Positions 1 to 29,272 of a stretch of DNA of 64,000 bases are shown here, piece by piece. A program made the translations under genes and the position numbers. Position 1 is the stretch's first letter. Every line of letters starts with the position of its first letter. Below the pieces are notes generated by a model that ran no database searches, was not told where the DNA came from, and saw nothing but the letters and a program-made list of their open reading frames with translations. This DNA comes from Sphagnum compactum (taxonomy: Eukaryota), in NCBI GenBank assembly GCA_965153455.1, contig OZ234493.1, positions 35,950,213-36,014,212 on the forward strand. Reading direction: 5' to 3'.

Positions 1-3000
1 CTCCTTAAAACTAAACTAGGCACTAGCTCCATCATCTAATTAGAAAACTTGGATTTTCAAAATGATGAAAACATTGGGCAACAAAACTTTTCACTGACTT
101 GCACATCAATGTTGCATGGAGCTCTCAAAAGCCTTCCTATCATATCACATTGAGGAATTCGCAATTCCTATAACAAGCAACCACAGACAAGAAACTCTCA
201 TCACAAGGGCAAGCAAGGCGAGCCCTACTCGAGGACGTAACAACTATAACCCATGTATGTTAGATATTAAAACCATTGCCCACACTTAGGAGTAAGTACT
301 AAAGGGTGGCAGATCAAATTGATCCTCCTTAAGATTTAAGCATTCAGTAGGGTGAATGCGCACCTACACAAGCACCTACACCTTCTTGAGCTAGCGAGGC
401 CTCTTCATTTTGTTTTTCTGAAGAACCAGTTCCCAGAACCAGAATTGAGATTTATGAATAATTTTTAAAAATAAAAAAAACCCCAAACGTGGAATTGATA
501 CTGCTCTAATTCTACTAAAAAAAACTGGAATCGAAGGTTCTTTGTAAAAGTCAAGAACCATCCATCAAACATCGGTTTTTGCCATGGTACTAGTGTAGTT
601 GCTACTTCAGCCAAGGCCCAAAAGAGTCAGGCAGTCAATCACCTAGTAGGGATATAGGACATGGAGTCAAAGAACAATCTAAAAATCCCGAGAGGCAAGA
701 GATCAGACAATCAGACACATCAGGCAGAGCTGAGATGGGTTGTAGTAGGCCCCACTTAAAACCAGCATTGAGAACTAACTGATGATCATCAGTGTCAGTT
801 CAGAGAGCTGCTGATGATCGATATAATGAGGGATACTATTGTTACAGTAAAAAAACTATCTTATACAGATTCCTGATAGAATCACAGCTGCTTGCTTGGT
901 GCCATCAGCTAATTCTTGCAGTCAAGAATGATATCTCTACAAAACTCACACAATAGCTGCTGCTGCTGCTGCTGAACCTGGTGTTTTTTTTGGGACATGT
1001 TTGCTTGCTTGGTGCAAGAGCATCTCTGGAGTCTGCAGTAAGCTGGGAATTTTCTATAATTAAGAAGCAGCAGCCCTCTCTGCAAGACGGTGAAAAGGCT
1101 AGCTCAACTGGGCAGCTCAAATTTCAGTACCATGCAGCTTTTATACCAGCTACTTACACCGCTGGAAGCTGACAAAGCAGTTACTTCACAGGCTCCATGC
1201 ATCACCGCCGGCTACAGCTATTACTCAGGAGTCTAGACAAGCAAGCTGGGATTGGGTCAGCCTGTCTTCTTCTTCCTTTTTCTTTTCTTTTTTCATAAAA
1301 AAATTTAACATTGGTTACAATGTGTAAATTGTGCTCCAAAGCATTGGTTACAATCAGTGGGTATTTTTTTATTTTTTTATTTTTTCCAAATTTTGAGGTA
1401 ACTGGGTTGGTGATCATGCACAGGACTTAAGCCAAATTAGGGTACATGTCAGAGAGGAAAGTAAAAAAATGTTTAGGAATTGTGCTCTATTTTTGGTTAC
1501 ATGCCACAACATAATGTTGTCTAAATATGGTGATTTCAAAAAAAAATAATCCTCATAATGTGTGGGTGATGGTGGCACCCAATTAGCAGCTACCCAGTAC
1601 TCTAAACTCTTCTTTCTGACAGTAGTAGTAAGCACTGGCCTTTTCTCCTAGGGTTTTGGCAAACACCCATATTCTCCACTCCTCTGACTTCTTGCTAAGT
1701 ACTGACTAGTTTAGGGCCTGCAACAGTTTGTTAATATCTTAGTGTCAGATTGAGCTGCCTGATGAAAAGGAATGGAAGAAGTCACCAAAGGAGCTCTGTC
1801 CACCAACAGGAATTGGATGGGATGAGATAGGATGGCAAGGAAAACCCCCAGCTAGCTAGCTAGCTAGCTTGCTATCCAATTCCTGCTGGGAATTATTTAG
1901 TGTTAAAAGTCCTGTATATTATACATGATCTTTTTTTCAGTCTGACACAGAGATAGTCAGCAGGGGAAAAGGGTTGGGATTGATTCTGAAGAAGAAGAAG
2001 AAGAAGAAGAAGAACTCTTGACTGTTTTATTGGTGTTGGGGAATGGGAATACTACTTAGACAAAAAAGGGCCAATTCAGTGGTGGGTCTAGAATAGTAAT
2101 GGTAGTAGTAGTAGTAGGCTTATTATTATTCAGCCCACAATACTATTTCCACCCTTGGCCTTTTTCCTTCTTTCACTTTGCAAACTCTAGCACACTCTAA
2201 ACTCCCTTTTATTTTAGGGGAACCTCGTACTCAGTGCCCCCATGTCGTCTTTTGTTTGAAAACAAGGGGACAGACAGTCCACCAAAAACAACAATCTTTC
2301 TTTCTTTCTTTCTTGCTTGCCTGCCTGCTTGATTGCTTCCTTCACAAGCTTAGACAGAAAGGAAAAAAAAGAAAACCTGGGTCAGATGCCCAAATGCACT
2401 AGGTAGTTTGTCTTTTCCACTTCCCCCTTTTTGCAGCATTCAAACCACAAGAAGTTCCCATTTCTTAGAGAGAGAGAGAGAGAGAATAAATAAATAAAAA
2501 TTAAAAAAAAAATTGGGGTCGGAGTCAGATGCCAAAATGCTGCAGTATAGTGTCTTTTTCCCCCATCTTCCCTTCCCCTAAATTTTTGCAGCATAAAAAC
2601 TGGTCAAAGTTCTAGGAATTCCTAACCCATTTGCTAATGCTCATTCCTTACATGGCCTGGAACTTGAATCTTCAGCTTCCAATTCCAGTTGCTTGGAGAA
2701 ATTTAATTCCATTCCCTTTGCAAGAAGCTCTCAGCACATGAACTTGAACTTTGGGGGGAGTGACTTGAAAGTTGCAACAACAGCTTCAACTACTTTTACA
2801 GCAGCAACCCACTGGCTTGCAGGATTTACAAATACACTTTGTGTCTAGTTTACTAGAAGAGAGTTTTGCTGCAGCAGGTGATCCCAATCTCCCCTTACTA
2901 TATATCATCATCAAGTCTGCAAGACTCAGCTGCTTCTGCTGCACTAATCTACTTGGTAAATTCTTTTCTACATTACTGTAACTGCAGAGTTGCTTGCTGC

Positions 3001-3372
3001 TGCATATATGATCTCTAGATATTTAAGTGACTGCGAAAACTTCTAACTATTCTTGCAGCAGCCAAGAAGAAGAGCTTGTCGATTTCACAAGTTGTGGATT
3101 CGTTCTCATGGGATTGAAGAAGCGTATGAACTTGTTGTTGTTCTATTGCGATCCTTGAAGCTAGAATTGAATGATGTTGCAGCAATTGGGATATTCTTGT
3201 GATCAGCCCCAGACTGTGCAGCAACAGCAGCAGCAGCAGCTCCAAAGCTCTTATGATCTGAAAGCTGATCTTCTTTCTTCAAGAGAGCCGTATTGCTGCT
3301 GATCGTAGTTGTACTACTGGAAGTGCAGCAGCAGCTAGGATCGACGCGGTCGCTGGATTCTGCAACCAGAAT

Positions 3373-5078
3373 ATGGCCGGGGATCCGTCGACTATGGCAG
3401 ATTCACCGCCTAGAGTGGAAGACGTTGGTGGTACTACTGGGACAGCTGCTGCTGCAGACATGATGACCAGCGGCACCGCGACGCTCAGTTGTAGTGGCAG
3501 TAATGTCGAAAAATCCGGTGGTGGCGGCAGCATGGGGCTGCTGTCTCAAGCGCTGAAGTTGCACTCGGAGTCGAAGCAGCTACCGGCAATGTTCATCGAG
3601 GTCGACAAAAGCCATCGCTGCTCCATGAGTGAGCTTGACTCGACGTGGGAGGTTTCTGAGCATCCGGAGCTGGAGGTGCCCGTGTTGGATCTGGCAGTGC
3701 TGCTAGAGAATTCAGAGCTGGAGGAGCCGCGGCCGGAGGACAATGATCAGCTCGCGGGTGACAAGATCCTGCACCAACGTCGTCGGCAGGAGCTTGTGAA
3801 GGCGATGGCCAAGGCATGTCAGAGATGGGGTTTTTTCCAGGTACTCAACCATGGAGTCGATCAAGCATTGATCCAGAGATGCGAGGCCGAGGCACACCGG
3901 ATGTTCCAGCTTCCGCTCGATGTCAAGGAGCGCGTGCATCGTCCGCCTGGTGCTTCCTTCGGCTACGGTGCCAACACCTGGGTCAACCAGAAGGTCATGC
4001 ACTGGGCCGAGAGCTTCCACATGCAGTTGCATCCCACTTCCAACATCCACGACATGGCTGCCAAGCTCTTCGCCGAGAGTGATCCCAACCAATTCAGGTA
4101 TACTACCAACTGCACGTGCGGCCGCTGCATCTCTGAAGGGTTATCACTAGGGATCACGATCTTGCAGGAAAAAAAAACTCCGAGATCTATCTTGCCCGAC
4201 AAAATGGTTCAAGCTGCTGCTGGAGCTCTGATATTCCCTTCTTGCTTGTGGGTTTTTGTTTTTTGTGGGTCTTGGCTGCTGTGTCTTGTGTGCAGTTCAG
4301 CAGTTGAGGAGTACATGGCAGCGGTGGACGGTCTAGCTCGTCGCTTGCTGGAGCTTCTCACCGAGGGCTTGGGACTAGAACCTGGCCATTTCAACCAGTA
4401 CCTGGAGAAGGAGAGGATGATCTCCATGCGCTTCAACTTCTACCCTCCTTGCCCGGAGCCTTCTCTTGCCATCGGTCTGCGAGCTCACACCGACCCCCAT
4501 CTGTTGACGATCCTTCACCAGGACAGCGTCGCCGGCCTCCAGGTGCAGATTGATGGCAAATGGATCCCTGTGAAGCCCCGCCCCGACTGCTTCGTCGTCA
4601 ACATTGGTGACCTCTTCCAGGTACGAGGAAGGCTTGTCATCTCTAGGCTCATGATCTCAGCTGCATTCTCTCTCTGGCTCTCGAGCGGATCTCTCTCTTT
4701 TCTCTCTGGAGTTTCCATGGATTGAAGGCTTTTTCTTTTTCTTTTTTTGGCTTCTGCAATTTTCTCTGTGATATTGAATTCTGCTCTTGTTTGTTTGTGT
4801 CCTGGACATGCAAGGTTCTGAGCAACACCATGTACAAGAGCGTGCTGCATCGTGCTGTGGTGAACAGTAGCTCCCAGCGTCTTTCTCTGGCTTGCTTCCT
4901 CAACCCTCCGCTGAACGCGACCGTTGCCACACCCCCCGAGCTCATCACGCCCGAATGGCCGCAAATCTATCGTCCCTTCACGTGGCTCGAGTATCTGAAA
5001 AATGCCTACTTGTATCATCCCATCACTGGCGCTGATCGTCACGAGCGCTTCTTCTTGAGCACTGCCGCCAGTTCTTGA
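3373..5078 (+). CDS. 2-oxoglutarate/Fe(II)-dependent dioxygenase (DOXC class, gibberellin oxidase-like); exons 3373-4097, 4296-4620, 4815-5078; ~437 aa
   Basis: DIOX_N motifs (VPVLDL, ACQRWGFFQVLNHGV), NFYPPCPEP, HxD iron ligands (AHTDP), distal His (SVLHRAVVN) and RxS (RLSLA). GT-AG introns 4098-4295 and 4621-4814 keep the frame and match the 3-exon layout of GA20ox-like genes. Substrate cannot be assigned from sequence alone. Confidence 0.92.
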
Positions 5079-6677
5079 CTCCCGCCCAGTTACGCGCGCG
5101 CACCGTCCTCGACGTCCCGAGTTCCACGACTCCGCGACACTGCACCTCCGCGCGCGCAGCGTCCTCGACGTCCGCGACAAGTTCCGCGACGTACGCGACT
5201 CTACGGGCATCTACGATGAACAAATACTAGAACCGTATGTGCTAGACTACATACATACGTACGACTCGGGACTTTATACATACTTATACTAGTCCTTACA
5301 TACATGTATGTATGTATGTATTAATTACTAATTAATTAATAATTAATTACACTTAGATGGATTTTGCTACTTAGTTGTTATTAACTACACAGAATTTTAA
5401 CATATATCGATTGCATAGTTAATGGAGTGGAGTATGTATGTATGTATGATGTATGTATGTATGATGTTTTCGGAAACTGTTACAATTTTAGTATGGAAAA
5501 TTAAATCGGAGGATGAGTGACTAGAGTGAGGATCAAAGTGCGGATTATTTTTAAGGATAATTTTATTATAAGGTGTTTTTTTTCTATGATAACTCATGTA
5601 AAGAAAAACTTTGAGAGTGTGAGATAAGATAGAGATTTTATTTCAAGTAAAATTTTATTTAAATACATATTAAATATGTGGTTCTTCAATACTATTGAAA
5701 TAAAAACTTTAAAAAACACGTTCATGTTCATGAAATTGAAATATAAAAAATATTTAAAAGATTGAGAGCTATCTATTTTGTCTCAAGTGAGATATCTGAA
5801 TCTCCCTTACACAAGTGATGGGAAAAATATATGCTCGCTATAAGAATTGCTCTTGTGATCAATGTGGTAATGGAGAACATCTCTAATGCTAGTGTAAAGT
5901 GGGCATGTAAATCAAATTTTGGATGAAGTAAGTATGTCAAGGGTTATGAAAATGCATTTGCTCCTCTTGTAAACTTGCTACCCATTCCTGTAAAAGAATC
6001 AAAAGCTTTCTCAAAGGACCAGCATGACAATTGCAAGCTGCCAAGACATTGGAGAACCTGTCTCTGATGAAATTGCAAATGGCAGATTTGTAAGAACCTT
6101 CTAGACCTCAGATCATAAAGTCATCCTAAGCTTTTGCAAGTGGCACACTCTTTAGCAATTGGAAACAGAAGGACTTGACAAAACCAACTGACAAGATTGG
6201 AAGAACAAAAGTCAATTTGAGCTTGAAGACTTTTTGACTTTGGTCAAGAATATGTAAATTTTCATGGACAGCTCTTATCCAACACTAACTAAGCACATGT
6301 GAGCATCAATGTGTGACAAAACACTACTCAGATATGGCAATGTGAACTCCTCATCAAAAAAATCGCAATAATAAACCAGCTTAACCAGACTGAACATTGT
6401 TGGAAAAAGAAGCTGTACTTTGAATACTGAAGCTACCATTAAGAGCAAAGCGGGATACAAGAAACCTGCATCGCAATCCTCATCTAAACCCAATAGAGCC
6501 CCATTATAATCCTACGTCTTACAAATTTCTACATGTGTTTTTTTGACACGTGAATGAGAATTTTCTGTAAAGAAACAAACAGTGGGGAAAAAGGCTGTTG
6601 GGTGTTGTGCACTAGGGAAGTGGGGTTTTGTGTGTTACCCTGGCTCCCCTGCAGCTGCTGCTGAATAAATTCCTGCT

Positions 6678-24258
<17,581 letters not shown>

Positions 24259-25902
24259 GGTTGCTCTGCTGCGTTTGTCCCACTCTGGACATCTGTGCCT
24301 CGTCTACCATTACCCAGCTTCTCTCTCTCTGTAACTGAGATCTAACACATCTCGCTATATTTTGGTATCAACCAACCCACTGGGCATATACAGTTCACGG
24401 ATTCTCTGAACTTGGAAGCTTGATTGATTCACTTACAATGGACTTGAGAGATTTGCCCCCTGTTTCTCCGTAGGCAGATGAGGAGCCCCAATTGACTGGA
24501 GAAGCTTCAGGAATGGGGTTTTTGCCTCCAAAAAAAAAATAGGGTGGTGGCTTTACTTTCTTCTTCAACCAGTAGCCAGATCATTTTCAAAGCAGTACCA
24601 CATTAGGTCCCAACAAAATCAAGCTTGGCTCCAGGATACCTCCCCGCTTCCATTCCCAAGCACTGACCCAAGACACAGAATAAGAATTGCATTCCTAGAA
24701 GAAGCACTTCTTCGCTCAAGTGTAGTAATCACCCCTCTCGTACAAAGGGTCCAGGGATGCAGATCTAGGGCTATACTATCAACCCATTGCAATGTAACCC
24801 ATCTGGATGAACAATACTTTTACCATTTCCAGAACACTGTCGCTCATAATAGCTGGATTTTTCATCAATTGATCAATTAAGCCACCTTCTCTCCAACATG
24901 ACTGCTGCATCCACTTCTTGCAGCAGCAGCAGGAGGAGGAGGAGGAGGAGTTTCATCCCAAACCTGCTTGATCATTCACTAATTTTCCAGCTGCATGGAG
25001 CAGGAGGAGAGATGATTGATTTCTGTCTTGTAATCATCATCAGTCTTCTCATTTACTCTTTCTGCTATTCAAAAGGCTATCTATCTATCTATCTCTCCTC
25101 AAGACCCAGTTGCCAAGTTGACACTTTCACATCATTTGCATGTTGAGTTGAAGACCTGCAGATTTTCAAACAATGATAATTTGGTGATATCAGCAAGACA
25201 ACAAATTGGCTGTGAATTCAGATCTGCACTGAATACAAATACATCTGGACTACTGTAGCAGTCCTTATTGTAGTATTTGCCTACATGATGAACTTGCTCG
25301 TAGAGTTATAGTCACAAACTTGCTTTGTGAAATTATCTGGCAGCAGCAGCAATGCATAAATCCTAGAGCAAGCAAGCAATTCCTACCACAAAAATTATTT
25401 TAGGGTGATGAACTCTCAATGCAAACAAACGAAATCTGCCCATTGATGTTGTTGATTGGGAGCTACAAATTAGGTTTCCGTCTGTGACTGGGAATTCATG
25501 GTCTGAAATGGGCAGGGCACTAAGTTTGGAGATGATGACAATCCTTGCAAAAAAAATGCAAAGAAGAACTCATCACGTTGTCAATGATCTCGGTTCAATT
25601 ACACTAGCTAGTCTCTGCTGACAGAATTCTCAAAAAATCTCCTTACAGTTCTGGATTTTTTTCACATGGGTGTGTCCCCAGGCTGCTGATCTGATGACCA
25701 CAAGTTCCAGATCCAAAACCCCCTCCTCCTTGCTCTCTCTTTCTCTATACCCTAACCCACAAACCCAAAAACATAAACCCAGCAAGCCCCACATCCCTTC
25801 TTCCCCCAACACACACCAGAAAAAAAAAAAAAAATTCAAAATCTTCTTGTTCTTCTTCTACTTGCTGTCTTTCTCACCCTTATGGTGTCCACAAAACCCA
25901 GA

Positions 25903-25942
<40 letters not shown>

Positions 25943-26429
25943 ACTCCTTCTCCTCCCCTTCAATTCAAAATTCAAGAGCGAAAAAAACCCGGGATCTTTA
26001 ACCTAAACCGGCCTAACCCGAAACTAGACCCTACACTTTGCTACTCAAATTCTTCAACATCAAGATACCCAAGGACCAAATTTTCCAAAGAAAAAAAAAA
26101 CACGCACATACGTCCGGCGTCCCTTGACGATCTCACAGATACCAATCCACCCACCCACTCATCCACAAAACCCAAAAGAAGTCATTTTTGCAAATCTCAG
26201 AGCTTTTGTCTCTCACCACTCTGCTCTGGATTTTTATGCTGCTGGGGGAAGGAAGGAAGGAAGGAAGTGACAAGAAGTCGAGAAGAAGGAAACACCCATC
26301 ACAGCAGCAAAGACAACAAAGGCTTTGTACGTGTGCCAAAACCCATCACCACAAAACCGACAGACCGAGAAAACAACAGTTCTGAGCACAGACCCATCAA
26401 GCGATTTATGGGAATGAGCAAGAGGAGAA

Positions 26430-26660
26430 AACTTACTTGGATTGCGACGCATCTGAAGTGGTCTTCAAGCTGATCGATGCGCGAGAAAACTCGGCAAGAA
26501 ATTCGGGACCTGCGCGGCGACGAAGACGACCGACGACACAAGACGCTAAGCCACGCTACGCTGCAGCAGCAGGAGCGCCAGCAGCAGAGCAGAGCCCCCA
26601 CCCCGCGTTCATTCACCCGGTAACCCTCCCCTGCCCTCTCTTTCGCCGGGCTACATTATA
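26430..26660 (-). promoter_or_regulatory. Probable TSS region / first non-coding exon of the BEACH gene
   Basis: GC/CpG-rich island ending abruptly at AT-rich DNA (~26700). Minus-strand donor CAA|gtaagt near 26436, ~2.2 kb upstream of the ATG. Inferred. Confidence 0.45.
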
Positions 26661-26759
26661 GGTAACCTACGTTTGCTTAGTAGGCTTACCGTTTAAGTCC
26701 GCCATTTTTAATCCAAATTCCCATTTCTTTATCTTTTTCTTCTTTCTTTCAGTCTTTCT

Positions 26760-27270
26760 TTCTTTCTCTTTTGCATTCCATTTCTTTCTCTTTTTGAGTT
26801 TCTCTTTCATTTCTTTTTTTAAATAGGTTTTCTAAATAAAAATTAGAAAATAAAAATTCATTTCCAAAAAACGAAAAAGATTACTAGTATTTTTTCTGAT
26901 GATTCTTTCTTTCCTTTTTCTTTTTCAATTATTTTTTTCCTTTCTAGTTTCTCTTTCATTTATTTTATTTTCGAATAGCCTTATTCTTCAATAATAATAA
27001 TTACAAAACAAAAAATAATTTCAGAAAAATCGAAATTGATTATTAGTATTTTCTTTTTTTGATGATTTCAAAAAAACATAAACTTCTTCTTTCTTTTTCT
27101 TTTTCATTTTCATTTCTTTTCTCTTTCTTTTTTAGTTTCTCTTTCATTTCCCTGTTTTTTTTTCCCCCTTAAATAGGTTTAAACTTTTTTCAATAATAAT
27201 TTGAAAATGAAAAATAATTTCAGAAAAAAGACAAAAAAGATTATTACCAGTTCTGATGAAAATTTCAGAA
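26760..27270. repeat. Three degenerate AT-rich copies (~150-190 bp unit)
   Basis: Anchor agtttctctttcattt at 26797, 26946 and 27134, each followed by aatag..aataa..tttc(a/c)(g/a)aaaa..gatta. Confidence 0.7.
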
Positions 27271-27496
27271 AAACATTAAAAATGATTTCGAATAAATATA
27301 TTTATATTTAAATTCTTGAAAAATCCTCCCTAGTGACTGACCTAAACACTTTTGAATTCTTTATTTTTCGTTTTTTAATTCGCGTATTTATTCCTTAATA
27401 ATACGTAGCTATTACAGTAGACATGTATTTTCATTTGCAAACTTCAAATGTATTTTTTTTAAGTACAATAATATACGCCCTACTACATAGATACCT

Positions 27497-27660
27497 ACAA
27501 CCTACCTACCTACCTACCTACCTACCTACCCAGTGCCCTTCTTCTTTATCTTTTTGGCGGGATGCGTTTACCCAGACTTATATAGTAAGTACCTACCTAC
27601 TCAGCTAGGTACCTCCCTACCTACCTACCTGCCTACCTGCCTACCTACCTACCTACCTAC
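27497..27660. repeat. (CCTA)n microsatellite tracts
   Basis: cctacctacc runs. Other SSRs in the window: (GAA)n ~1988-2013 and ~9030-9075, (TCTG)n ~25903-25942, (GT)n ~35375-35399 and ~45123-45143. Confidence 0.9.
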
Positions 27661-29118
27661 TCTCTTTTTTTCCCTCTCAGTGGCCTTCTTAGAAATTGCG
27701 TGATATTTTTAAATTATTAATAGGTATTTTATTTTCTTTGCCTTAAATTCAGCCTCTTTGACTTTTCCCCTTTGTTAATAAATTATTATTTTTACATTCT
27801 CATTTATTTAAAAAAATTCAGTCAATAAATAACTATTTTTTATTTTCTAAAAGGCTTTGACTTATTGCTTGCAATGATAATATTTGATACCCACTTTATT
27901 TATTTAACTTATTTAGTACTGGGCTTGTCTGTTTATTTATTTATTTATTTATTCCTCAGTAAATGCTTATTTATTCAATTTTTTTTCTTTTTTCTTTTCT
28001 TTTTGTTGTGTCTCTTTGACTTATTTGGCAACATGCCTTAGAAGTCTTTTTTTTTTTCCTTCCTTTTTTTCTTTTTTTTTAAACTTGGCTTTTTTTGTTT
28101 GGTTGCTTGGGTATTTGGTTTATTCAACACTATGGCTTTTTTTCACCTCCTTTTTTTCTTTTTGGTTTTTTATTGGTTGTGTTGGTTCTTGCTTTCAAAA
28201 GGAAATTTTCCTACGGTATGTACTTAAATAATAAATTTTAAATAAATTTTTATTGTATTGTAGCCTTTTCTAGATGGTAAGCATTAATCATTCAAAATTC
28301 AACAATAATAATGTGTTTTTTTTTCTTGTGTGAAATAAAACTAAAAATGTGGGCTTAATGATTTTGAAATTTTAAAATTTTGAAAATGAAAAATCTTGTG
28401 AGTGCTATGAGGTGTGTCAATTGGAAAATGAGAATGCATCAATTTCAAATTTTTAAATGAAAAAAAAAGTAAGTATTAAATTGAGTTTTTGAAACCCAAG
28501 GAAAAAGAAAATTAAAAATAAGTGAGACTTCAAAAGACAAGAATTAATACATGATATGTTTGCAAATTAATTAAAAACATGTAGTCATTTTTTCAAACTC
28601 AAAATCCTAAAGCTTTTTTTCCGCCATTAAGATGGACATTAATTTCAAAATTATTTTTTTAAAGCTTGGTTACTTTCAAATCCAAATACAAGAAACAAAT
28701 TCTTAATTATTATGGGGAAGTGGATTGTTCATATATTTTCTTTTGAAATTAATCTTTTCAATTTTGAAAAGACATCAAATATTAATATCATATATTAATA
28801 TTAACCATGACCACCTAAAACTCTAATAACAAGCCACACATGAACTAGTAAATATGAGTAGAAGACATGACACATCTAATCATGGATGTTTTTTTATGTG
28901 AATTTCGTTAAGGGCTATGTTACCTTAGTTTAAGGTGGGCGGTGATGATTATGTTGTTTTCTTGACCACATTACATGACATAATCTTTCGATGATGATTA
29001 TACAAACGTAATAATAACCCAAAATTATTGGTTGAAGATGAAATCATTTCGAGATCCTTTAAGTTGCCACCCCAAACCCTAATGTCTAGGAATTTATTTG
29101 CCTTTGATCATGATTATG

Positions 29119-29272
29119 CACTACTCCAAAATGTGGGTGCAGTTAGCTAGTCCTCGTTCACTAGACTAGTGAATTCACTGCTTCTTCAGTGGTCCCCGTT
29201 CACTACAACTAGTGAATTCACTCAAAATCCAGTGAAATCACTTGGCGTACAGGGACACCTTTTGTTGTAGTG
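29119..29272. mobile_element. 154-bp non-autonomous CACTA (En/Spm) mini-element
   Basis: Left end CACTACTCCAAAATGTG; right end reverse complement CACTACAACAAAAGGTG (14/17). Perfect 3-bp TSD ATG (29116-29118 and 29273-29275). Internal repeats of ttcact/agtgaa in both orientations. Confidence 0.85.

Noticed and set aside
4515-5210. 231-codon antisense ORF over the dioxygenase
   Set aside because: Shadow ORF of GC-rich coding sequence; no motifs.
25670-26473. 267-codon + strand ORF
   Set aside because: Non-ATG start, made of SSR/low-complexity sequence antisense to the BEACH gene 5' UTR/intron.
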